64,000 nucleotides of DNA from contig NMRA01000610.1 of assembly GCA_002633005.1 (NCBI GenBank), positions 185,134 through 249,133 on the forward strand, given 5' to 3'. The stretch's first letter is position 1; each line of letters starts with the position of its first letter. Below, piece after piece: positions 27,401-39,400 of the stretch. The notes under the pieces were generated by a model, which made no database searches, was not told the DNA's origin, and saw only the letters and a program-made list of their open reading frames with translations. This DNA is from Phoronis australis. Lineage: Eukaryota; Animalia; Phoronida. A program made the position numbers and the translations under genes.

Positions 27401-30400
27401 ATGAATGAAGAACAATGAAATAAAATAGCATCGTACAAGTTTAGTTTAATTCAACTCATTGACAGGTGAATTGTCACCATGATGTTGTCAGTTTGTTAAT
27501 TAGCAGAGAACACAACAGTTTAAGTCAGATATAACAAGCCCACATTAGAACCAGTTTGACAGTGGTTAATCAGTAGAGAAAACTGGTTGTCAAAATGCGG
27601 GAATCTTTATTATCTGACTATTACTGAGGAATATGATGCTAGTTAAATACACACTCTATGAAAACACTACAACCTATCACTCCATTAAATAAATAATTAA
27701 AAAATATATCTTAGCTGACCTGATTAAAGCGAGCTGTCAACTGAAACTCTTTGAAATTGGACAACTAACTCAACAACAGCGTGATGCCAGAGATACTGAC
27801 CGCAAGGTTTTATTCATACCTTTGCGTTATCATGTATGCTGACTGCTTCAGGTAGGGATGTCCATGAGTGCCAAGATCCGTACAGTTTGTGTAGGTACAC
27901 ATAATCATAGACGGAGCCTTTCTTGGGGAAAAGGAGACCACGAGAAAGTTTGAGCTCTTTCGGTCTGTAAAGATGTGAGATGAATGATTAAGCTTCAGAG
28001 CTACTGGCGAGTATTGTCTAAGTTTGTCTCGACCGCTTTATGGAAGTTAAGATGAAAACGTGGGAGGAAAACCGGATGTAACACTCAGACTAACAATGTT
28101 TGAAATTGGTCAAAAATACTTACTCTAAAATGTCAGTGATTTTCAGCATTGATGACAACACCGAGACAGGATGAACAACCAAATTAAAAAGATGTTGAGG
28201 TCACCAACTTGTCTCTATCCCCAGCTTAGCTTGTCTACATGCACAAAAGCTCTATGCCAATATCATTGTTAAATTTTGCATGCTTCATACGAGTTCTTGC
28301 TAAAACAGCAATAAACCATGATGCTTCTCAGCTGACCTAAAATATTTTCAGTCTGTATTAAAGCTTCAAGTTCTCACAGAAATGTTATCAGCTTCACAGA
28401 AAATATTGCATTTATACGCTAAACAAGGCATACACAGCTTAAATAGTCAACACAAAATTGACCAATAAAAGTATCTGAAAAATTCTTTAATTTGTTCGCT
28501 AAAAACACCTTTCACATCTCACCTCGGATACTTTGCTTTTTCTCCTTCCATTTCACACAGACCGCGGAAAAATTCGTCAAATTTCAAACGTGATGGTCCG
28601 TCGACTGTCGCACCCACTGACCAAACGATTGAAAACAGAAAGTGGCAGATGATCATGTTCGTCCGTTCCTCAACAATTTTTTGATCGCTGAGGGACACCT
28701 TCTTTGGCGGCGGTGGCGGAGTCGGTTCGCCTTCAGCGCCCTCTTGAGCCATTTCCTCTTCAAAGTCATCTTCCTCTTCTTCCTCTGAGCCGAGCTCCCT
28801 GCAGTTCAGAAATACAACACTGAGTGTGAAAACCTATTTGCTGTTGTTTCAACTATTCGAATATCCAGGCAAACTTGGTCAACAACACTCTACAACACAT
28901 ACTGACTGCACGGTACACTAATTAGCAATTAAAAACTAGAAATTTGAAGTGGTTCTTCTATGGTTTACATCTAAATAATCTGAGCTGAATTTACGCACAG
29001 TCTATACTAGTTGCATGGAACTGTTTTCATGTGTAACAGCACAACTGAAAACATTTAGAGAGTTTGGGTTTATATTAGGCGGGAGACATGAACATTTTGG
29101 TCCTAGATTATAGCAAGCTTATTTATTAAATGAAAACATTAAATACCAGACGATTGTGAGAGTGGTCTATTTCATTTCATTTGCACGAATTATCTTATTT
29201 AATTTCCAAAAAGGTTTTAACACTAAACCCATCGCATGTACCAAGCACGGGGGCTGCGTGCTCTTTCAGTTCAGAACTCGAGCAACATTTAGAAAGAACT
29301 TCCTCCCAAATGGTCTGTAACTAATGCAGTTGATTGTGTTTCAGTGGGAATTAAGATTATGTAAGACTTAGTTATTAAAAAACCAAATAACTGCACAATT
29401 ATAGAATACAACACAGGAAAAACATTTTTAATTTTGTTAATGTTTCTGACAGAAGAAAAGACGACAATATTTGATTTTTGGCCTTCAACCAATCTTCTAA
29501 TGATTAGGTCCCATGACCATCTTTTGAATGAAATCGAACAAAAAAGAAAATAAAGGTACAATCTTGGCAAAACAACAGTACCACTAATGTGACCAAATTT
29601 TGTCAGATAGAACAGTGCTAAAGATGAAATTATAATTTTCTATAACTTAATACACCATTTTCATTTCATGCAACTTTTGTTGACATTTTTCCCATAAAAA
29701 TCAAGTCCAACTTTTTGCTAGCCCTCATGCAAAAACAAATCAATTTAAAACAATTCCTCACAAAATTCTGCAGAACAATGCAAATAACATATAATTACTA
29801 GTTTCTGACAATTTTATATCAAATCAATCAACTACTTAAGTCTGCAATATGCAACTTAATGCAACAAAAAACCTGTGCTTACTGTCAAAAACAAGGCAGT
29901 TTTAATTAATTTCAGCCAGTTTTACTTATTACAGAAATAATCTCTGGGCTCAGGAATAACAAACCAAGCTCATAAAATTGCAAGTCAGTGTGACCTGAAA
30001 ATTTATGAGCTGGTATCGAGCAATTCCAACATCTGGATGTCGGTTCCTTTAACGTCCTGAAACCAGCTCTAATTTGACTAAGGAACAATCCCAGACCGAT
30101 TTCATAGTAATTGACCTCAGTCAAAACTCATTTTTTGACAGAATTAGCATGTATTTGATTGCGCTTTAAATGCCCAATCCACATACCACCTTTACTGCTT
30201 AAACTAAAGAGACCGAAAGAATAGGCAAGGGGGACAGTAGTTTGTTGCGGTCATTTCTCTAACAATTCGCACACTCTAATAGTATGTACATCACCCTTCA
30301 AGCATGGTATCTTTCTCAGTAGGTGTTCGAAGGAAACTATACTTCGTACAAGTATTGGCTTCATTAAAAATAATTCGTACACAACTGCTGTATGACTAAA

Positions 30401-33400
30401 CTTAGTAACATGCTCTAACAGTGTGTCCTTATTCAGTACGCGGAAGTCCGTGTCATCATAAGTAACCGGGTATTACCAGTGCCTGACATAATGAAATATG
30501 ATTTTTTTCAGCTCGTGCATTTAGTGTTCGAACTTTTAGAGAAATCACCGTAATTTTCTTAGACGTGTAATGCAGAGTAAACCAGGTTAGTGATAATACC
30601 AGCTTTTTCATGTCTGATAGCTTAATTAAGCCTCAGATGCACTGCCACAAACAAATCTGTGAATAACAACTCGGGTCTTGGTCACAGACTCAGTAGTGAC
30701 ACGAGTGTTAGCGCAGATAGTCAGTATTCTCATTGAGTTCATCAAGATGATTGTCTTAAAATCTTGGCAAAAAAGAAGCTAACTGTGTTCTAGTCTCCAT
30801 ATCTCAGAGATTCACTGGCCAAATTTTTTTGAGTTGCCATTTGAAGATAACTGTGTCACCGCGTTTGTGCTGGTCTGTTCTTGTACCTGTCACTACATTA
30901 CCTCAATATTGTTTCGACTGTTAGTAACAACGGAAATTTTTCTACTTTTCCTGTTACTGCTGTTTGATTTAAAGTGAAACTTTGATCGTAAACTTGTTCA
31001 TACTTCCACTGGTTGTTATATTGCTACCAACTCAAAGGAAAAATATTCTTGCGATGTGCCCCTAGCATCTTCACCACGCAATGCCAGAGACAACAGTTCA
31101 CATCTAAAATCATATAGGACCTTTGACAACAATTTTTAGAACAGAACTGACAGAGAAGAATCACGTACAATGTAGGAGTATGCACTCCTTTCAACCATAA
31201 ATCTGCCATAGATATTTTAATGACAGTGCAAGCGTGGCTTTAGGAAGTAAGTAGCATGCACAAGAATGATACAGTCCATGTCAAAAGTAATCAGACAATA
31301 AAATAAAATGTCTTCTCTTCCATAGAGGGTTGTACAGTGAAAAATTGGTCATGGGAAGCCACACCGTGACAAATTTCAAATTAACAAATGTTTCCAGCTT
31401 GGTGACAACGCTGTGAATTACCCCCTTAATCCCAGGCTACGATGATGATGAACTCGTTTTACACAAAGTCGTCAAGATGGGGTAGTCGGTCATTTTGTCT
31501 GAATACTTTTGGCGCTTCCTGTAGATGTTGCAGCACACACAGTGTTCATTAACACTAAGAGTGACAGAACAGCAGTTGTATAATTCACACCATGGTGAAG
31601 AGATTCAGATGTGCAAATAAAGCGAATAATCTCCAGTTTGGGATAGTCTCCACCAAAATTCAAGCTGAAATTGAATTTCTCAGATTCTGAAATTTGGCAC
31701 AATGGCAATTTTCACATGATTGTATCAGTATCTCTCGAATAGTGGACCAGTCCGTGTTTATGCATAACGGAATCTGAAAATGAATTAGTAAGTTAGTGCA
31801 TACAACATAACTGCTGCCAGTGACCTTCAACTTGAGAACCTAATATAATTGCTTATTTCTCAAACTTGATGCAAGCTACGACCTTGAGTGGAGCAATTAT
31901 CTCTCCACTTTCCCAAACTGGGGAATTTTTACTTTAAGATAAACTTAGGGCAACAATTTGATCAATTGTCTCCAATGAGTTGATAATTTTAAAGCAACTT
32001 CTGTTATCACACTAACTGTCATCACTAATAAAATATTAATTTCGGAATTTCAAAACTGGTCCCAAACTGTTAGTTACTAAGAAACTTAAAGATAAGCCAT
32101 GGCCTATGGGCCTGACAAAAACTCACACCTAATTAGTACTTGCACCCAAACTCAGTAAAATGGTTTTATCCAGCTGGTCTTTTTATGGGCTGATAATGGC
32201 CTCAGATAGTCATAAATTGTGTCCATTCTTCTCAAGCCCAGAAATTGCAATACGAACACTGACAATGAGTGCTTTGATGCAAAAATTTCAGGTTTTTTTT
32301 ACAGAAGGCAGTTTATAGCATCTTTAAACAGTTTGGCGAACCACTTGTCCAAACCCGCATATCATTTAAAATGTATTTCTATGTTGTGGTAAATACATAA
32401 CGATGAAAAAGTGACTTGCCCATGTGAAGCATTTAAAGTAGATGAAATTATTAATTTAGTAGTATACAGCAATCTAGTGATCCCTGATTAGTCTATGTTG
32501 ACATGTAGCTCCGCCTTTGGTAGCACACTGAAGACAGGTCAGCTGTTTGTTAAAGTTGTGCATGTAGAATCGAGAACTCGAACAAAGATAGTGAGAGTGA
32601 GAGAGCGAGCGTAGAGCCGGAAGACAGAGTATTCGAAGGACTTCCGCTGACAGTTTTACTTACTTTTGTCCATATTGACTGAATATGAGAGACACAAAAC
32701 ACACTCGTGAAGAAAGCTGTCTGTTATATGTTTTCAGGCATACAAGTTTTAAAACACACTCGAGAAAATACATCACACAAGTCAAAGTAAGTCCATTAAA
32801 ATAACACACAAAGTATCATTTAGTAAACAAATAAAAATAAACTTTAATTAGTGAAAAAATGTATTTCTGCTTAGTGCACCAACACACACACCGAGTACAC
32901 ATGTTTTGACATAACAAACAGTAAAAAAATAATATTGTTTTTTTTATCACAAAACTGCTCGAAGTGCACCCTGGTGGTGAAATGAACTAGCTGTCTCAGA
33001 GACAGACCCTCCAGTTGGACACATGGTCTGTCGCAGCTTAATCTCCAAACCAACTGTTCTACTCTCATTAGCAGATACGATTTGACAAAACGAGGCATTC
33101 TATTGCCAAAAATAGTTCATCAACTGACTGGATGTTTTAATCAGAAGGCAAATACAGTACAAAAGAAAAGACATCAGACGGAAATGGTCTTCTTGTCATG
33201 ACAGCTAATACTGTGAACAACAAAAATGACTAGTTATAGCTACTAGGGTGGCAAAATTCTAATAAGTAATGGATTAGCCACCTGCTAACTTTCCTGCCAA
33301 TTCCCCTTCATTCTCGGTCATGACAGAAGACGATGAATTCAGTTTCCGTCCAGTTGTCATGACAGGGAATTCCGGGTCATTTTGTCTGAATACTTTCAGA

Positions 33401-36400
33401 GTGTATTGTACGCCTGGCAAGTAAAATCAGCCACCAATTCTTAGAAACTCAAACATGATATTTTACTGGATTAGTAAAATGTTGCCAAAACTCACAAAGC
33501 CCTCCCCCTATTGAGCACATCTCCGACCCGTTGAAGACGACTTACCTCACTTCCGTCATCATACATCCATATAACTTCAACATGGACATGGTCATATGCA
33601 TCTGTGAACAGCTGAGGAAGTGTTTGCAAGACTTGGAGACGTAGTTGAGACACGGAGGTAGTAGCCAGTGGAACAGCAACTGTAAGAAATGGTAACCATG
33701 GCAACAACGCAGTTTTGAAACAGTCGGCAGAAGTCTTGAATGGGATCTAATCTGTTTCCTTGTAATCGAGCTCGAAATTCTTTCTGGCATTTTCCCTAAC
33801 GGTTCTATTTTACGGGAACTTGAGACAAGAGTCTTATCATTCTGTGTACGTTAGGTTTATGAAAATAAGATTTTAATTCAAAATCGCATTTGATGACCCC
33901 CAGGTTTTAGCTAAAACTCGATACATTTTCGAGTTCAGACTCAAACCTCTAGCCTCGGTGATGGGGTCATTAAGTGCAACTTAGGATTGGACAGTTCTCC
34001 CCATACTACGCCATTATGCGTACTTGAGTATAGAATAACATATAAGGTAAAATTTGTTACATTGCTAAAAGTTGGCGCATGTTTCAAACTCTAGAAATAG
34101 ACAATATCGGTCGTCCCAAAATCAAGAATCATCGGAAAGATGCCAAAATTACCTACTATGTAGATAAAAAACACATCGTTCCGACTTTGAAAGACTACGT
34201 GAACACTAAAATCACCTGTCCTAAATTCCAGAATCAAGAACATTCAATTTTTGCGAGACTGTCCTCGTCTCAAATTCTAGAGTTTGTCCCAAATTGATCC
34301 ATTCTTGTTGTTTTATTTACCGATTTATATTCCCAAATTGGATAATTTTTAACGTAACCAAGGGCGATGAAGACATTTTAAAAGCTCCGTTTTCTTACTC
34401 TAATAGTCTCCTTCTGTTCATCCGTGAATACATCGGGTACTTCTTTGTTAAGCCACGACTGTACGAGGGGTTCCCACCCCAGGAGGAACGACTCCATGTA
34501 TATCATACCGCACCGGCTGACAGTGGCTGGGGAGGCCTGCTCTAGGTCTTGAGGCTCGAAGATCATATTCTGTTTGTTTGACATCTGAATGATCTCACCA
34601 CTCATCAGGCACAGCTGGGGTAAAAGGATGCAAACATGATCTTAAGAGTTGATTTCTCATAATTTTACAACTAATTTCTTAATCATTAATCAATTTTTGA
34701 TGTCACTCAGTCATATTGGTCAAACTTACAATGTTGGTTTTTGATCAAAATAGTAGAAAGAGTCTAATAACAAACGCACACGTGAAGATTGACATTATCC
34801 TAATCCAACATCTCGGCATATTACACAAAAAAGATCTTCAGGGAGAAATAGTACGACAGCAGCGAATCACACAAATCAAAACACGGTACGGCCATATATA
34901 CTGTCATTTGAGTTGTTTGATTCGATGCTGTCATACTACTTCTCCCTGAAGATGTTTTTTTTTGTAATAAACCAAAACGTTGGATTTGGATAATCTTCAC
35001 GTGTGCGCTTGTGATTAGACTCTTGTTCAAATTTCTTATCAAAAATATGACCCAGCAGAGTAAGCTATCATACCTTCTTATTGTCGTCTAACACTGTGTT
35101 CATATTCTCAATCCACACAGCGTCCACTGGTCCGTCAAATATAATCCACTTCCTGTCATCAGAGGCGTCTGCCGCGTGGTCACGGAAAGTGTTGGCCAGA
35201 ATACCTATAAGCAAAGGATCAAAAAATGTCGGACAGTTTTCTGTCACATTTGTTTACAAACATCGTCATGATTTAATGCCAAATGCCGACTGAAATAGGA
35301 GCTTATAGTAATCAAATAGTGAATTTTATCGTTTACTTTGTACCAAGAGAGTTTTAGAGTCCAACAATGTCAACAGATGGCAACACATAAAAGGTTATCA
35401 GTCGAGCAAATTGCACTGCACAGAAACAACAGAATGGATTGGCTAGACATTGACAAGGTGGGCCCTTTTTATCATTACAGGGTCTCTCAACAATTTCTAC
35501 ACCTAGGACAACTACTTCAGTGGTGCCCCCTGGTGAATTTCAAATTCCTCAATCACTTTAGATGATCTTGGTAGCAGTCAAGACCAGGCAAACTCACTTT
35601 GATAAAGACAAAGTAAGATATGATACCCAACACACTAGAAGCCCATACTAACCATCTGACCACTCGTGAGAGACCGGGTCAAACCGACCGTACAACTGAC
35701 CCATGGTGACGGCTTTAGGGTTGATAATGCTGTATCTGACTTTGTGCTCCTCCATAAGCCCTTCCTTGTTCAGGTCGCCCAGGGACATGGACAGGGTCNN
35801 NNNNNNNNNNNNNNNNNNNNNNNNNNNNNNNNNNNNNNNCGTCAAATATAATCCACTTCCTGTCATCAGAGGCGTCTGCCGCGTGGTCACGGAAAGTGTT
35901 GGCCAGAATACCTATAAGCAAAGGATCAAAAAATGTCAGACAGTTTTCTGTCACATTTGTTTACAAACATCGTCATGGTTTAATGCCAAATGCCAACTGA
36001 AATAAGAGCTTATAGTAATCAAGTAGTGAATTTTATCGTTTACTTTGTACCAAGAGAGTTTTAGAGTCCAACAATGTCAACAGATGGCAACACATAAAAG
36101 GTTATCAGTCGAGCAACTTGCACTGCACAGGAACAACACAATAGATTGACTAGACATTGACTAGGTGGGTCCTTTTTATCATCACAGGGTCTCTCAACAA
36201 TTTCTACACCTAGGACAACTACTTCAGTGGTGCCACCTGATGAATTTCAAATTCCTCGATCACTCTAGACGATCTTGGTAGCAGTCAAGACCAGGCAAAC
36301 TCACTTTAATAAAGACAAAGTAAGATATGGTACCCAACACACTAGAAGCACATACTAACCATCTGACCACTCGTGAGAGACTGGGTCAAACCCACTTTAA

Positions 36401-39400
36401 TAAAGACAAAGTAAGATATGGTACCCAACACACTAGAAGCCCATACTAACCATCTGACCACTCATGAGAGACCGGGTCAAACCCACTTTAACAAAGACAA
36501 AGTAAGATGTGGTACACAACACACTAGAAGCCTAAGCACATACTAACCATCCGACCACTCGTGAGAGACTGGGTCAAACCCACTTTAACAAAGACAAAGT
36601 AAGATGTGGTACACAACACACGAGAAGCCCAATACTAACCATCTGACCACTCGTGAGAGACCGGGTCAAACCGACCGTACAACTGACCCATGGTGACGGC
36701 TTTAGGGTTGATAATGCTGTATCTGACTTTGTGCTCCTCCATAAGCCCTTCCTTGTTCAGGTCGCCCAGGGACATGGACAGGGTCTTAAATGCACTCGTC
36801 TTGCCCCCGATGGGGTCCCCCACGATCATTAGACCGTGACGAACGAGGATCATGTCGTAGATCTGAAAAGAATGTGCGTGTTTGTATTTAAGGAAATCCG
36901 CACTGTCTCATAGAACGTATTATTTTTGAGATGTGCATCAATGTCACTGTTAAGAGTATTTATCTTTGGATTTATGTCTCTGTAAAGGACAGCAACGCTT
37001 ATTAAACAGAATTCTCCAGTTAAGTCAAAATTTAAAGATATCACAATTTTGCAAATTACAAACATTTTCAAAGATATCACTTTAGTGAGCACACAACTAT
37101 TGACTTAATCATCAAAGATTTGGAAAACATCAGCAATATCAGCAATATCAGCAATCAAGTGTGAACAGACACAAATTTAAAGGATTTTCATGCATGAAAG
37201 ACAAATTTACTCGAGTGATATATAATTGCATGCAAGGTACCTGAATAATTTTCTCCATAAACCATGGGACCGCCTGCAGTCCCATCTTACTAAGGTTCTC
37301 CTCTAGTGCCTTGGTCAACTGTCCGTAGTCCGGTTTAGGAATGATCACTCCGGGGAACAAATCAGAAATGATGCCTTCGAATAGTGGGATGTCGTGCGAC
37401 AAGAACTGAAAAGCCGAGAACAGCAATATTTATAGACAATTAGGACTGTTAAGTCAATTTGAAGCACGTTACCAAGGCTGGGGAATAGAGTAAAATTATT
37501 AAATTAAAAGATTCCGTGACAAAACAAATCCACAGTATCATCACACTGATGACAACAGTTCCTGAACAAAATGCCATTTGGGTACTTTATACTGTCACGG
37601 AAAGGTGAAATCTGCAATAATGACATCAGACTGGGTAGATTCAGTCAAAATTAAATCATTTTCAAAACCTGGACAACACATGTAGACAATACATCCTGTT
37701 TTTTTTTCAATTGTCAGCTTTAGTTTTCCAGTGGGAAGTAGAAGCGCATGTTTGTTTCATTATTTGTTACCTTTTAACAGTGTAACTATCTCAAATGCAA
37801 AGTGGATGAATCAGATTGCGTAAACTATGCAAGGCCGGGTAAAGTTCAATAACTGTCTCGCAGCGAGAAGGGTTGACCCAAAATCACATACTCTCAGCAA
37901 AAATACACGCCGACATCTCATAGAATCTCACAAGATCTTGCTTTTCTAGTGAGACACTAAGCATTTACTGAACGCTCCCCAGATTTCAAATTTCAACTAT
38001 TTAAGGCAAATTTCTAACCTTTCAATGTTATCATAAATGCAATTTTCTCATTAGTGTTTAACTGGTACATTTGTCTCAAGTTCAAACCTTTGGCAGATTG
38101 ACATCAATGATGGACTTGAGTAGTAGTTTATCCTCATCCTGTTCCGGGTACTTCAGCTTCAGGTTACCTGCAGCGGTCAGTACTGACTTGACCGCTCTCA
38201 TCCCGTAGTCATAGTGATGTTGAGATGACAGCTGGAATACATAGTTGACTTTTTGTGAATTATTATTCTTAGTGGAGGAAATGATACCTTTCAGCTAACA
38301 TCAGAGTAGAGGAGGCAGTGTGGCCTAGTGTGATAGGGACCCGCTTCTTTACTGGGGGTCGTGGGTTCAAGTCCCACTGTGTCACACTGCTACAACCTTG
38401 AGTCAGGTTTCTAGCTCCTCAGCTTGGTTTTGACTGTCTAATAAAGCCTTCAAAATGGTTCCATGTGATCAGTGTAATGGGCAAACATGGGCAGTCTGGT
38501 ATAACGTGTATCAGATCACCTGCAATTATTTTTTATTATAACATCAAGGTCAAAGGAAATTTGAAAGCAATGCTCATTAAGAGTTTTCGAAATCAACATT
38601 GCTTTTTAATTAATAGTTTTAAATGAAAATCAAAATATTAATGTTTCTACAATAATCGGAATAAGTGACAATTTCTGTAAGGAATATTTCACAATGTCTA
38701 TGGTTGCAGGTGGTCATGATATGGTAAAATTATAGTATTGACTTGTGTTCTTTCCTGGACTTGTGAATATTGAAAGCAAAATAAAACTTTTTCAAGTGTC
38801 TGCGACTGCTTCCATCAATGCATCATATCTGTGATGTAATGCTCCAAAATTACTCACATTTCAACATTTTCCAAGCCAGAGAAACTCATAACATCAACCT
38901 GGAAAAATATTTCATTAAAATGTAACGACTGACATTGTGGGTAAAATGGACACGCATCTTCCAACTGACCTGCTCAGAACACAATGTGTAGGTAGCAACA
39001 ATCTTGGCCGACAGACTTCTGGCGTTGACAAATCCCATGGAGTAGAGGGAGATCTCTCCAATCAGAGCGTAGTCAGGCACCATCATGGCCACTGTACGGA
39101 ACAGAACCTGGTTGGAGGAATGAACATGTACAACCACAATAATAGCTTTATGGTCACTATGTGTTATTTGCATTAATTTTATTATTACTTGCTGGAAACA
39201 GTATGTAAATTATTTCTATCATCATGTGATGAGACTTATAATAAGCTCATTTTGGGATAGTGGCTCAGAATTTTGCAGAATTGTGTAAACCATGGGTGTC
39301 GTTCGCACACAATAGGCTTTTTGAAACTGACATACAAGGTCAGTGAAAGCAGTTCTTTGTGAACCCTGCTCTTAGTCATACAACTGTCCCAGTTGGACTG

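Noticed and set aside
27720-27740. 21-nt in-frame segment LTARFNQ with ag/gt ends
   Set aside because: Poor pyrimidine tract; likely chance.
31716-31773. Strong acceptor with a CACTAAC branch point
   Set aside because: Early TAA in the required phase and 58-nt length; at most a poison exon, with no further support.
36302-36672. CRISPR-like periodicity here and at 58363-58525
   Set aside because: Whole units repeat with no unique spacers, the context is eukaryotic and there are no cas genes.
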